Assembly (NCBI GenBank): GCA_023920165.1
Contig: CP089274.1
Location: 1,178,001-1,242,000, forward strand
DNA: 64,000 nucleotides
Direction: 5' to 3'
Source of the DNA: Curvularia clavata
Taxonomy: Eukaryota
The number at the start of each line of letters is the position of its first letter. Position 1 is the stretch's first letter. The notes below the pieces were generated by a model. That model made no database searches, was not told the DNA's origin, and was given only the letters and a program-made list of their open reading frames with translations. Positions 23,389-36,623 of this stretch are shown here, in pieces. Position numbers and translations under genes: made by a program.

Positions 23389-25196
23389 ATGAAGGTAAAA
23401 CAGTTATTCTACAAACAGGGCTGGAAGCCCAGTGAGAGGACGCTACCACTCTCTGAAGCACCAACTGCTACCAACTCTATGCGAAACGAAAGCCCAGACA
23501 CATTGGACGAGCCGGAATGGCCACGATCGTGGCGTGCCTATGCATGTCTGCTAGGCTGCTTCCTGCTCATGTTCAACTCTTGGGGTCTTGTTAACGCTTA
23601 TGGCACTTGGTCTTCGTACTACGTCGGCTACTCGTTACGAGGGGTCGACCAGCTCGAGCTGAACTTGGTCGGATCGACGCAGTCCGCACTTGTACTTTTG
23701 TTTTCAAACGTCGTTGGTCGACTGCTGGATGCTGGCCATTTCCGTAAGGTGATTGGCTGTGGCACATTTCTTGTGCCCTTTGGTCTCTGTGAGTCTCAGA
23801 AATTACTGCATAGCATCCTGCCCTCCCTATTATGTGAGCTTGGGCTGATATTTTCAAACTAGTCATGCTCAGTGTTGTTCATCCTAGTGACGTCGAAGCG
23901 ATGGCCAACTTTGGCACTGTCTGGGTCACTCAGGGCTTCGTTGTTGGTCTCGGAATGGCGACATTCTTTGTGTCTAGCTCTCAAGGTAATCAATAGCCAT
24001 TTGATCACAGCGACATTCGCATTGACTGAGTTTCAGTTGCTTCCACATGGTTTCCTAAGCGCAGAGGCCTTGCTGTAGGCTACGTTGCCTGCGGTGCCAG
24101 CGTGGCTGGTGTGATCTACCCCACCATCCTTCGTTACCTTATTGAAGCTGTTGGCTTCAATAATGCCGTTCGATATGTTGCGACTGTAACGTCGGTGACG
24201 TGTATCTTCTCGTTCATCTTCTGCACCCCAGACCCAGCTCACGAGCATCACGCACCAAAGACCTGGGGTGATATCAGGACCTGGGTTGACACTGAAGCTT
24301 TCCGCAACAAAGCGTGGTGTTGGTTCACCGCTGCTGTCGCTTTTATGTTCTTCGGTTTCTACCCTGTTTTCTTCAACCTTGAGGAGGTACGTTCATCGCT
24401 ATCTGTCTCTACAGCCGCCTCATCAACTAACGTCACTCAGTGGGCATCAGTACGCGGGTTCGGCACTCGCGAGTCCAAGACCGCCCCCATCACCCCCACC
24501 AATCCAACCGACCAGCCTTTACAAACCTTTTGGCTTCTGGTCATCCTGAACGGAGCTTCAACAATCGGTCGCATGCTCCTCGCTCATTTCTCGGATGAAC
24601 TTGGTGCCGTCAACATGCACATTGGCTCTCAGTTCACTGCTGCTCTATTAGCGTTGGTGCTTTGGTCCCAGGCAGGATCAGAGAACGCCGCTATCGCATT
24701 CTGCGTAGTGTTTGGCGTCTTCTCTGGAATGGTCATTGGCCTTCCTCCAGCGTCCATCGGCAACATTCTCAATTGCTCATACACTGCACCAGACACTGCA
24801 CATTTTGCAAAGAAGAAGCTTGGTCACTGGACTGGCATGATGTATACGTTTGCTGCCATTCCAGCTCTCACTGGTCCTATCATTGCTGGACACCTTATCA
24901 CCTCTTACCAAACCTATATCACAGTCCAAATGTGGTCTGGTACTAATTTGATGATCTCCTGTTTCTGCATGGTCATGGCTCGATGGAATCTTCCTTGTGT
25001 CAACGGAGAGCATGCTAAAGTCGCCATCATGCGCACGCTAAGCAAAGCCGGGACAAGTGAGAAGCGAAGGGACAGCGATGGCACAGAGTCAGCGCCTCAA
25101 CCGCTGTCGCAAGCTCCTACTCGCGTTCCCAGCAACGAAGCTTCGCGACAGGTGTCTTCCGATAACCTTCCCAACTTACAGGGGAGTATGGTTTAA
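23389..25196 (+). CDS. MFS monocarboxylate-transporter-like protein (Mch4/Mch5/MCT family)
   Basis: WRAYACLLGCFLLMFNSWGLVNAYG, VGRLLDAG, TWFPKRRGLAVG, LNGASTIGR and LTGPIIAGHL motifs. Introns 23789-23862, 23986-24036 and 24387-24440. Confidence 0.9.
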
Positions 25197-25629
25197 AAAG
25201 CTTTTTTTTTCGCATGATTCCCCCTCTCTTCTTTTTTTATCTTCATGTTACCTACTTGGGTTGTTTGTGGAGCGTTCTTCGATACGAGACATGACTATTC
25301 ACGGACACGCAGAGTGTTGATGAATTTAGCGCGATCCTTTTAATCTCTCTTGCTTCTTCACATATATTTCTTTCGCTTTTTAAGAGAGCACATTGAGCGC
25401 CTCCCCTTCGCTTACGATCATGTCTTGTTCACGAGAGAACCCCCTTGTCTTTTTCGAGACAACGTAAGCGCAGGGAGCTCCTCAATATGGAGTTGAGCAT
25501 CAGTTTACGGGTTGCACGAATATAGAATCAAAAGTTCTCCTTTAGCATTGCTGCGATTCGTTGTGATCACGATCGATTGATGTATCTGCGCTCAACAAAA
25601 ATTCATCACATTGAGTTCATGGGCAGATA

Positions 25630-25861
25630 TCAACGATCTTCTTCCTCAACTGCCTTGCAGTCTTCCTCCTTGCAGGCTCTTTCAAATTCTTCCCTGCCAG
25701 ACCCCGAATTGACGCAAACCAGCTTACCTTGCTTTCCATAGTAATAACTCTCGCCGTCAAAAAGCCTGGTGTGTGACGGGAGCATGAATAACTATCTGAT
25801 TCTCTGGAGATGGCGCTGCCAAAGCAGTTGCCAGGATCACTAGAAGAATGATGTATCTGAT
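25630..25861 (-). pseudogene. Probable pseudogene of a small secreted Cys-containing protein
   Basis: Signal-peptide-like (I/M)RYIILLVILATALAAPSPENQ begins at ATC rather than ATG. A frameshift at a T5 run is followed by FDGESYYYGKQGKLVCVNSGSGREEFERACKEEDCKAVEEEDR*. TATAAG lies ~115 nt upstream. Confidence 0.4.
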
Positions 25862-28611
25862 CGTTAGATGCAAGAAATTAACTTGGAGTCCTAAATAATG
25901 TTTCTAAAGTGCGATCTGAGCTTCTATTGATATAACTCAAATTTGTGCTCTTTTAGACACTGGCTACACACATGCCCTTATACTCCTTTTTAAGAGCTGA
26001 TGGCGATCAAAAGTCCTTTCTGTTGTTTAATGTTACTAGCAATATTTTCCAGTAAAAATACACGCAAATTTGGGATATGTTTTGTTTGTTCAGCACTTTT
26101 TCTTGAGTGGCTTGCCATGACAAGAATGTCTCCTGCCCCCCCTCAATTATTGAAGCTACACTTCCAGGACTGGACCACGACACTCTTGTTCTAATACGTG
26201 ACTCTGTTCTTCCGCGGCTTGTATGTCTGCCTAAGCCCCGTTGTTTTTTGTTGTCATTAACAGAGTTCCATGCCCGGTGCTTATAATGCGGTGTAGAGAA
26301 TCTTTTCTCTCCTTTCTTTTTACCTTTACGAATCCGATCATTACAGCAGACGTTAATGAGCAATCATAGGTTAGAAAAAGAAAGAACTTAGACTAATGCA
26401 CATGTAGGCGCTCTTTTTTGTCCGGTAAGCGGAGATGGGCTAGTGCCTCATGCATGGGCGTCTATATACGACGTCATTATCCGAGCTTCTCCTTACAAAA
26501 TTGACTAGCTTTGGACTGAAAACACAGTATAGTGGTTGGAGGAAAAATAATTTTGCCTTGAATATGAGGATGAAGGACAGATATATAAGAGAACAAATGA
26601 GCATATTAAGTCGGTCGTGCCCTACTACTTCATGTGAATCGTGCAAGAGGGTATTTCTTTTTGCTATGTGGTCCGGAAACGCTGACGTGTAGGTGCAGCA
26701 GAAAGTCCATGCGCCGTTCAAAAGTCTAGGAAGAAAGCACTTACTCGCTGTAGAGTCAATTCGTAAGTGAATGGTTGTGTTATTCTCCACTTATTACCAT
26801 GTGCATGCACTTCTCGGCACAAAAGAGCGCACGAAGCACGCCATTCCCCTCCTTCCGATGGCCAGAGAAAACACTCTCTGAATCGTGATCATTGGGAGAA
26901 ACGCGGGGTGCAACCTGTGACGAAAAGTGGTTTGTTGATTCGTGGTACCGACCGTTTGGCAAGCGATTGTGAACCACCGATTTCCTTGATGATGGCAATG
27001 CTGCCCAAGATTCAGGCAGATATCCGTGTGGAACAGGATGTCTTAGCGTCATCAATTGAAACTTTCGTAGATTACACTTGGCAACGTCTTAGTGTTGGGA
27101 TGTCAACATGTTCTTGCTAGATCCACTGCCTTTATTGCTGTCCTATCACTTCACCAACACGAACTGCACATGTAATCCAAACCCATATAGTACAATTCAT
27201 CAGTCAAATCACTAAATTAACGTACAGCATCACTCAAAAATGAATCTCGGAAAGCTTGTATTCCCGCAATGGGGGGCCCCATCATTCCGGCACTTGTGAC
27301 AATTGTTGATGAAGAACCACTCACTTCCATATGACCGTATTTACACGCACGCTCTTTCCAGTTCGAATTCCCGTCTATGAGTGTGACATAATTCGATTGA
27401 GACAAATATATCTACTAAGTGTCGGGTATATCCGGTCAACCAAACTTTGCAAATGAGGCTCCAGATTGCGCAGTCGGACAAAACCGCGACAAGGAAGAGG
27501 GCAAACACATGACATGGCACAATAGATCTTCATCATTCGTGGAAATGGCGGCAAAAGGCCGGGAAAGTTGAGGCAGGACCAAAGATCACACACACACATA
27601 CTCCTATACCTACTCTAGTGACGCCGAGCTTTTTTTCGGAGCGCGAAAGTTACTTTCAGGAAACACTCTTAGGAGAAACTTACGTACTGATTACAACGTA
27701 GAGGCAGTGGACTCGAGTCAAGGCCAATTCCCATGACAAACAATGAAAACCTTATAGCTCGAAGATGCGGAGGTGTGCGCGTCTAGTCAATGTTTTCAAA
27801 ACTTTCTCATCCGTTGGCATTGGAGACATGCACCCACATGCACACCAGCCACAATGTATGTACATGGCATGCACATCTCATCTACACTGCACACCCTGGA
27901 CCGCCATTCTCACAACCCAAGCTCCATGTGGACCGGAAAAGAAAACTTGCTCACCTGCAACACATATATGTCCGCGTTCCGGTACTTAAGCGCCCAGACG
28001 CTCATCTCTCTGACGTTGCACATGCCGCGTCAAGCGTAGATTAGATCTCCGTCTGGGCGTGCGTACATGTACATCCGGTGGGCATTAAGCACTCCCTTTC
28101 CTATCTCGAGTAAAAAGTAGAAGGTATGGTACTATAACCGTCTGTTGACAGAACCGGTGTATCATGGAGAGAGTGAGCAAGTCAACGCGAAGGGTTGCAT
28201 GTAATATCCGTAGCACTCCAAGCAACGCCGCGCGGCAAGGACTTGGCACAACTTATTGCGCCATGTCGATCGTTTTACAAGAGGGAATCTTGTCCTCGCA
28301 CTCACAGCTTGTGGCCGGTGGACGTATCGTCAGAGAAAATGACGAGAATTCAATTCGAAGACGAAAGAAGAAACTTGCTTAGACGCATCCCTTTCCAAGT
28401 CCAAAGCTTAACGTACTGTACACACAAAAAGAAAACGACACTTTGCCATTCCATAACTGCACCCGGAACGATAATTCAAGTGGATATCTCAACTCGCTGA
28501 TAAGGCAACTTTACGCTGAAGACTCACTGCAAGGAAAAGAAATATTACCCTTAAACAATCATGGAACGATTGACTCAACAGTTCTCCAAAACACCCCTAG
28601 ACTTTTACGGA

Positions 28612-30259
28612 TCATTGCGCTTGCTTCGTCATGCTGGGTGTCTGGACTCCAGGTTTCGCAGTGTGACCTGCAATTTCCAAAACGCTAGTCGAGCTCTCGT
28701 TGCCACCTTGTACAGTCATACCCAGGGCTCTTCGTGCGTACTCTTTCTGCCCGTTTGCCGCGTGCTCGACAGGAGACTGTTTGGTACTGCTGCCATTGGA
28801 GGGCGTGTCCGAGGCTGGAGGCTGGAGCCACTCCACACTGGTACATCGATTCACAAGCCGGACAGTGGTCTCGTCCACGGGAGCAAAATGGTTGCCGCTT
28901 GATACGAGAAGGTGGAGAAGACGCAGCAGTTCGTCGCGCTTGTAGTGTGGTGGCCGACTGATTTGGCTGTACATAAGTATGGGATAGAGAACCCGGAGAT
29001 ACGTATGTCGTAACGCGTTTGCAGCAGCCGAATCGTGAGGAAGATCAATCAGGTTCCGTAGAATGACATCAACTAGCACGTGGAGATCGTTGGTGTAAAA
29101 GTATTCGGCCGTCGAGGGATTACCAAAGAGAAGATAAAGCACCTTGAGGATAAGAAGCTGAAGGGACGTCTCCGACTCCCGGTTCAGAAGAAGAATCAAA
29201 TTGCATCCAAAGGTCTTGTAGGTCATGCCGTGGGTCGATATAGCTTTGATGACTCGGTTCGTTAAGCCAGTCCGTCCATCACTGGAGCGACTGGTAGACG
29301 CTACTAGGTACTGCTCGTTCAGAACCAGCTGTTCACTTAGTCAACATACAGTCCTGGGATCTCTGGGAATAGACTCACCAGTACACGAATTACAGGATAG
29401 TGGTATGGGTCGTCGGCATCGTCCGAGGCACCTTCTATAATCTCCAGTAGATAGAGTATGAAAGCATCATTCACTGCCACTACACCATGATATTAGCACG
29501 TGCTTCTAGCAGCGGAATGAAAGAAGATATCTCCAACGTACTGAAATCCTCATATGTCAATCGCTGAATACGTGACGACTCGTATAGTAATTGAAGCAGC
29601 AACTGGTGCAACTGTGGTTCCTGCTGAACACTCTCCTTTTGCACCAGCTCAACCAGCCTGGGAAAAGTGCCCTCGGAATGCATCATCTCAAAGACCTCGT
29701 CATCCTTGCTGTTTCGACCGTCATACAGGAGAAACGCAGCGACTATGTGGAGCGTGGGATTGTCATCTTCCTGCCCCGCTGTCAGCCCCAGGCACACCTA
29801 GCCAACATTGCATTCTCTCTGTCCACGCGTGTATGTGTTTATTTTGCCCACGTACTTGTAACAGGCAGTATATAATCTGCCGCCGGACGTATGCCTTGTT
29901 CTTGGCAAAGAGCTCGCCCTCGAGCAGGCGGAATATACATTTTGCAATGTTAAAGTCGGTTTGAAGGTAATCGGCTACTCGTGGTCAACGTCTTGAATCA
30001 CGGCAAAGACTCTGGGGGAGCGTAGCAGCAGCAGCGTACACTTGTAATTGGTCGTGACATTGAGAAAGGATCGTAGCGAGTTGTCAATCATCTCGTGCTG
30101 GTGGCAGCGCGTGGACACAATGTCGTCGAGTTCTGTGGTCGCTCGTCGTTAGTTGGAAAGGCCTCGTTTGGTGGGGTTACAATACGCTGGCCCTTTCTCC
30201 CACTTACCATCCCAGAACTGTTGCTCATTCTCGAGATCATACGACACCTCAAATTCCAT
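28612..30259 (-). CDS. LDB17: Ldb17/Dip1/SPIN90-family (DUF2013) endocytosis and Arp2/3 regulator
   Basis: Start [17 protein letters not shown]; conserved [33 protein letters not shown] and [22 protein letters not shown]; several introns. Confidence 0.88.
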
Positions 30260-31299
30260 GTCGTAGTCGCGGGTCTCTTGCCAGAATCATCCTCCCCAGC
30301 GACAAAGGCTACCAAGGGCTGTGCAAAGAGGCGCAAACTGGTTGTTGATGGTCAGTTGTTCGCATCAAGTCCGACGTGTCGCCGGAGATTCACCGGCGTT
30401 AGGCTAGTGCGTCACCGAATCTATTCTGGGCGTAGCCTGCCCAGCACTTGCAGGTGCAACACCAACGAACATCCAGCCAGCTGTCTTGACTTGACTTGAA
30501 ATCAGAGCTTGGTGGTTTGATGCAGAATGTGCTGGCACCGCTGGATATTATTATTTTTTGCAAATACTAGTACAATGGACACTCTTCAACTGTAACCACC
30601 TACGTATTACATACGTTTGACTACGAGTCCACAACCTTATCCACGGTAAGAGCGGCAACTGACCTTGTTCCTCTAGTCGGCATCATGAAGCGCTTAGATA
30701 TCGAAATGGGCTCAGTTGGATCCTGTCTTATCTCTGCTGCCAGCAGTGACTCCTCTTCCCCGTCGACACTGATACACATTTCCACACTTGGTTGGCACAC
30801 TGACAATCACAAGAAAAGCCAATGGACAAGGAGCAAATGGTCCCATCAAGATCCCACCACGTCACACATACAGACACATGTACAGTACCCACGCCCTTTG
30901 ACTAACGCAGTATCCAACACCTATTCGCAAGTTGCTTAATTGGGTAGGCGATTCCCATCCATTTATGTGCATGCTCAAACCCCACACGCCCTACGCATGT
31001 CACGTCACCACAAGAGCCCATGCCTTCCTTTTTCGTTTCCACACGCCCTACTGTTGTACAGCATTCAATGGATTCACAAAGCATTGCCATATTGAGTATA
31101 TACATTGCGAAACAATACGTGATCGCGCTCAAGTAGGTTGAGGGGTGACCCACAATTAGATGGTCTGAAGAGCAATCGCTAGTAGTGAATTAAGTGGAGG
31201 CGCTAGAAAGAAATCCCAACATGTCTATTCACATATTACTACACACCACAGCATCCTATTTTGCTACCAAAAAAAAAATCAAGATAAAAGAAAAAGGCA

Positions 31300-31545
31300 A
31301 AAAATCAAGCAATCCCCGCCTCTCCGGATCTGTTGCTCCAGCAGCCGTCCGTATTCGAACTGCTGCCCTCCTAGCTTAGCAACCCATTTTTTGTATGTGA
31401 CACTGAGTGGGTTGTTAGACTCCTATAAACCCGTTAGCAGCTCAATGTTATGTGCTCTCGCTGATAGCGTTTTTGATTTCTCCTATGGTCTCGTTAGTCG
31501 TTTTTGGTGTGCCCACCCAGTGAGAGATAGGACGGTCCGGAGCCG
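31300..31545 (-). mobile_element. Decayed Fot1/pogo-like (Tc1-mariner superfamily) transposase C-terminal fragment
   Basis: Two frames give RLRT..WVGTPKTTNET..IKNAIS and AHNIELL..L*ESNNPLS..KK.V.KLGG..QIRRGG, resembling the remembered Fot1 C-terminal region. In-frame stops are TAG. Judged by eye only. Confidence 0.4.
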
Positions 31546-31748
31546 CGATTTCTTTCTACTCTAACAGTGACATGGGCCATCGTCTTTAACAGTAAAGCCA
31601 GGATACTACGGGTATATTTCTTCATGTACGGCGTCACTCTTTCGGCAACGCAGCCAATTCTAAATCTCGTCTATAGATCTTCCAAAGCGTTTTGTAGTCA
31701 TGACCTTGCTTCTATCACTCCATCACTTCTCATTTGATCTCCTTCTTT

Positions 31749-33008
31749 TCAAACCTTCCTCTCCATCCAAAACACTGCCAAAGCCTTCCGCAACTCATCT
31801 TCCCTCTTGCCCAATACCGGCAGTCCCCTATCCACACACGCCCTCTTTACCTCTTCTGCATTGAGACCATTCGGTCCTCCATCCCTGTCAATTAGCTTAC
31901 GGTCTGTCTCCAAATACTCCATCTTCTTCCTGACATTCCTCTGCAGCAGCCATTTCGGCGGTGTGAGTGGCACCCAGTCAAACAGCGCGGGATAGCAATC
32001 CAGCTGTGCAGCGGTGAGACACAATTCAAAGAGCGTCATGTCTTGCCAATTCTTGCCATTCAGTACCGTCTGGCCCTTGCTGAGTGAAATGGAAGAGAGA
32101 TCGTAGGACGTTGTAGTGGCAGCAGATGGACGGTCTTTGCTCAGTAGGCGCATGGCGTCTAAGCCAATCTTTCGCAAGCGATCCTGTCGCTTATCTTCTC
32201 GCTTTCGTAACGCACGCTCTACTTGCTGGGGGATTCTGCATGCCTCTGGGATCACGGGCGTGAGGTACAACACAACAACCGGTAGCCATTCTCCCAGCAA
32301 TAGCATCAAAACACCAAACACAGGCAGTCTCAGTACGTCGGTCCTACTTCTCCTTACAAGCTGCCATTCTGCTCTGGTCAGGACTTGACTCATGTCCTTG
32401 TTGGGACCTTGAGCAGCCTTCTTGCGCAATGTCTTGGCGAGTTTGGCGGTCTGTCGGACGTGGGATATGCCCGTCTTGTAGAAGGAGAGGTATGCGCGAC
32501 CAGCGCTCCATAACCATTTGATGAAATTCTGGTCTGCTTTTCGTGCGGGAACGGATATTTCGGGTGCGTATGCAATAGGCGGAAGATTAAGTTTTTCGTT
32601 GGCTCGCAGAGTTGTAGCGGTGGTGCTTCTCGACGCAGGCAATGATGCTGGAGGAAGAGTGGAGGATGGCGCATTCCGTGCCGGTTGTAGAGGTGGTGAA
32701 GAGGTTGTCTTCGCGGGTGCTTTCGTTTTGTTGGCTTTGCTCAATGGCGGAGGCGCTGCTGCGATATTGTGACCTGTCTTCTTCGCTGATGCTGCTGAAG
32801 ACACGGCATATCGCCGGATTGGCGAGCCTAATGTCCTTCTATAGTTGAATCGTTGTGTGGTATACGATGGCCTCTCGTACCACGTTTGACAGCTCAGTGC
32901 TGTCGTAGCAACTCGCGTATGTAAGTATCCATGACGTGGTAGACTCGCAAAGACACTGTGCGGTTGAGAAGGTATTATAAAAGTGGAAAACACCGGCCGG
33001 GGTTTCAT
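31749..33008 (-). CDS. LETM1-like mitochondrial inner-membrane protein
   Basis: Single-exon 419-aa ORF with an R/S-rich presequence-like N-terminus. It has YLSFYKTG, LTRAEWQLVRRSRTDVLRLPVFG..LGEWLPVVV..PEAC and YLETDRKLIDRDGG..EEVKRACVDRG, matching the LETM1-RBD-like pattern. Confidence 0.85.
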   Translation of the reverse strand: MKPRPVFSTFIIPSQPHSVFASLPRHGYLHTRVATTALSCQTWYERPSYTTQRFNYRRTLGSPIRRYAVSSAASAKKTGHNIAAAPPPLSKANKTKAPAKTTSSPPLQPARNAPSSTLPPASLPASRSTTATTLRANEKLNLPPIAYAPEISVPARKADQNFIKWLWSAGRAYLSFYKTGISHVRQTAKLAKTLRKKAAQGPNKDMSQVLTRAEWQLVRRSRTDVLRLPVFGVLMLLLGEWLPVVVLYLTPVIPEACRIPQQVERALRKREDKRQDRLRKIGLDAMRLLSKDRPSAATTTSYDLSSISLSKGQTVLNGKNWQDMTLFELCLTAAQLDCYPALFDWVPLTPPKWLLQRNVRKKMEYLETDRKLIDRDGGPNGLNAEEVKRACVDRGLPVLGKREDELRKALAVFWMERKV

Positions 33009-34032
33009 TGTGACTCCTACAGAATACGAGAAAAGCGGGTCGCGAAGCGTTCACAGAATCGTTGATTGTTGAATCCTTTTAATCGCAACGTTTCCAATCC
33101 GCGGCATCAAAAAATGTGCCAAGACACGACTGTCACGATGTCATCACACCTCGCGTTTACGCTAGCCCCGACTAGGTATTCCAACTACTTCGTCACATAA
33201 ACGCGTTTCTGCATAATAGAAAACGATGAGACTGTTTTACATCATCGCAATTGATTCTGGATGACGTGTGGCTTCTGGAATACACTCTATAGTTGGCACA
33301 GTAGCCGCATTCCCAGTGACTCTCAGCTTTGGCGCCGATGACCCCGCTGAAAACATGTCCTTAAAAAAAAAACGCTACAAAAAAACTCCTACTAACCACG
33401 AAAAGCCTAAGAAAATTTCCCAGTCCATACATAATCACATCTCGTTAGAGTCGAACGCCTAGTACGTCCTTTCCGAATGCGATTGATAATAAAGTCATGA
33501 TAAAGAAACTAACATACATGAAGACCGGATTGGTAAGATAAAAAGTACAGGTAATTCCGCCGTTATAGAGAAGTATATAAGGAGCAAGTGACCCGTGGAA
33601 GCAGGTGTGGAATTGGATTCGGAGGCGCCTAACATGGAACTTTTAGTGTATGCTTAGTTGGGATTGGACGGTCGCTAGGAGCCAGTAAAATGGCTTGGGC
33701 GTTGGTGGTGCCAGGGCGAGTCGCATGGTTTCCGTATACTGTCGAGTAGGGGCATGTCGCGAGGGCCTTTGGATTGTATGGGATCGCAAGGGGTGGTGCT
33801 ACAGTGGGCTTTATGAGCTGGCTCGTCAATGGCTTGACCTAGGGTTGGGGAGGTCTGGATGGCGCAGTTGGAGGGATGGGTCTACATATGTCGACTGCAA
33901 GCGCAAAGGGTACACAATACAGGGCAATTGGTAGCAATGTCGGGGATATGTCGGGGATTTTTGGAGGTGGACGCTCGAAGACAGTCGTCCTGCGTATCTA
34001 AACTTTTGTTGTTCCGTCCGAGGCTGGCTTCT

Positions 34033-36623
34033 TCAGCGTTGGTACTGAGCAAGTTGGGCCATGATTTCGTTCATGTCTGGAGTAGGCCCAGACTGTGCTG
34101 GAGCCTGGACAGGCGGAGCCACCGTCTGACTCTGGCTGGCAAGGAGGGAAGCAAGCGCAGGAAACTGGCTGTTCAATTGCGCAAGGTGTGGCTGAGGTGT
34201 CGGTCCAAAGCCTGGTGTTTGGGCTGGGCTGGGCACTTGGGCAAGCAATCGTGCAAGGTCTGCATTTAGCCCCTGGTTGGCTCCTGGTTGCGCACTCTGG
34301 GTCATGTTGCTGCCAGACATTGCACCGAGCAACTGTGACAAGCTAGCGCCATCAAGGGAGGCAATCAGATTGGAGATGTTAGGTTGGCTGGCCGGTAGAG
34401 GTGGGAATGCGTTGTTCGGGTTGGAGAAATGTGGCGGTATGGGCTGATTAAAGTACGAAGTAGTGGGCGGCAAGGTCGAACGGGATTGGTTCTGTTTGGC
34501 GTTGTTGACCAAAAGGCCAGCTGTTGTTGGGTCCAAATCGGCATACTCTGAGAATATATTAGCATGGCCCTGGGGACCAAAAAAAAGTTTGCTCACCGTT
34601 GAATTGGACATTGTTAGCACCTGCGCGCCGATCAAAAATCTGGACGCTGACCTTGCCCTTTGTCAAACCTGTGGTGTCAAGCCTCACAATAGCTAAAACA
34701 CCCTCTAGAATCTGTCTACGAACCACGGCTGGCTCAGGGAAACGACCACTTAGTATGAGAACATTGCTTCGGAGATTCTGGGAGCGAAAAGTATCCTCGA
34801 CATAACGGATGAAATCCCTGCCGCGATGTCAATATAATTCTGAACTTGAAAGTCTCGAATCAACATACCGTGGCAGACCCTCGTTTAGTACGAGTATCTG
34901 AATATCGGGTACTTCATGTGGCAGTCGACGGCGAAGGTCCAACCCGTCTTCTGTGTAGTCGCGACGGGGGGACGGACTTCTGTGGCGGCGAGGGGGTGTC
35001 CTTGATCGGCTGCGGTACCGCGCGTCGAACCTATCGCGACTCCTGTCGCGAGATCTGATGCCACGACCGGGGCCGCGGGGCGAGGGGGATCGCATTGGTC
35101 GGTAATCATCCCGGTCGCGGAAACGTCGATCCCTATCTCGAGGGGACATGGAGTTGGGATGGCCTCCGTATCGATTATCCCTGACGGGCCCTGTGCCCCC
35201 CCTAGTATAATCTGGCGATCGCGAGCGTCGGCGCGCAGCGGAAATTGGCGGATCGATTTTTTTAGTGTTTCGCTGAGGTTTGGAAATCTCGAGGTCTGCA
35301 ATTGTTAGCTTGACCCCCATTGTTGTTGGCATCCTCTTATGGACATACGCATTTTCCTTCCACGCACTGCCTGGCCTTGCTCGGTCTCTAGTGCTCTACG
35401 ACATGACTCTGCATCTAGGAACTGGACAAAGCCATATGCCTGCTTGATTGATATCTGTGCGAGCCTGCCATGGCGGTAGAAGCGATGGAAAATGTCACGT
35501 TTAGTAACTTTCTCTGTGGGAAGGTTGCCTTTGAAGGGGTCAGATGGTCACTTTGGTCAGAGAATTATCCTGGCGTACCGATGAAGAGACGAGAGCCCAT
35601 TGGGAATTGATCCCACTGTCCTTCCGTCACAAACTTCCTTTCCTGCTCCAGGAACTCTTCGTATCTCCTGTTCACTTCGGGCGGCCATCGCTGATCTTCA
35701 TCATCAGGCGTTATGTTGCGTTGGGTTTGCTGCTGCTGGGCTTGGCCAGGCGCATTGGAAGTCTGGGCTTGTATGCCCGCAAAGTCGTGGTTTTGCGCAT
35801 TCAGCGTTCCACTGCCTCGCTGCTGTGCATTGGGGCCTCTCTGATTCTGCGGATGATGGGATCTGATATCATCTTTGGGGTCATAGTTGGGGTGCGTAGC
35901 GGGCTGTTCTTGTGTGGGCGGCCGAGCCGGCAGATTGGCAGCGGCTGGCAACGACGAGACATTGTGCTGCGGCTGCGCAGGCTGAGTGGACATGTGAGGA
36001 GCGGCATATTGGCCTGGGTTGGCACTGGTCGCAGCGGGCGTCAGAGAATCCAACAGGGCTTGAACGTCAACATTGGGCCCATTGCGCGCTTCAGTCTGGT
36101 AATGAGCGCCTTGGGCTGACTGAGAGGGCGCTTGCTGAGCGGCATAGGCACTGTCATGAGAGTATGGGTACGCAGAGGGGACATGTTGGCCTTGCGCTTG
36201 GGGCGCATCAGCAGCCGAAGCAGAGTGCGACGAGTGCTGGGTGGTGAAATTCTGCATTGATGAGGTAGCATGCGCCTGCGTACCCATGGTGGTGCCTCCG
36301 CCTCCGCCGCCGCCGCCGGCGCCATAGGCCGTCGACTGGGCATATCCTGATGGCGCACCCTCTCCGCCCCCGGGGACTGCTGGTGCTGCTCCTCCTGTCA
36401 AGTGGTGGTAGGCGGCGGCCGACGCGGGGTCGGCATAGTAGGGTGCGGACGCGGTCGTGTTGGAGGCGTGTTGGGAGAGATCATTATAGGTCGCATCCAT
36501 GTGCTCTACGAGAATGGGAATGTTGGCGGGCGACGGGACGTTCTGGGGACGCGGGCTCTCTGGCGTCAGCGACTGGTGGCGTATGTGCTCAGCTTCTTGG
36601 GGCGGACTGGAGTTGGGTCTCAT
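34033..36623 (-). CDS. NAB3: Nab3-like RRM RNA-binding protein with RS/RD-rich region and NCOA5-like C-terminal domain
   Basis: GQWDQFPMGSRLFIG/NLPTEKVTKRDIFHRF..QISIKQAYGFVQF (RRM), HLEISKPQRN, an RSRSP-rich tract and VPDIQILV..RRQILEGVLAIV. Four introns, the first at 35529-35578. Confidence 0.82.

Noticed and set aside
24387..24440. Stop-free 3n introns (24387-24440; also 51713-51763) that the ORF track reads through
   Set aside because: Canonical donor, branch and acceptor signals are present; such introns arise often by chance, and there is no evidence of functional retention.
31317..31548. Hairpins (TAGCAACCCATT/AGTGGGTTGTTA, CTCCGGATC/GGTCCGGAG, GCAGC..GCTGC) and a B-box-like GTTCGAATAC suggesting a ~230-nt ncRNA
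   Set aside because: G-U polarity conflicts between the helices, no snRNA, snoRNA, SRP or RNase P/MRP motif was recognised, and a transposase-relic explanation fits. Not fully excluded.
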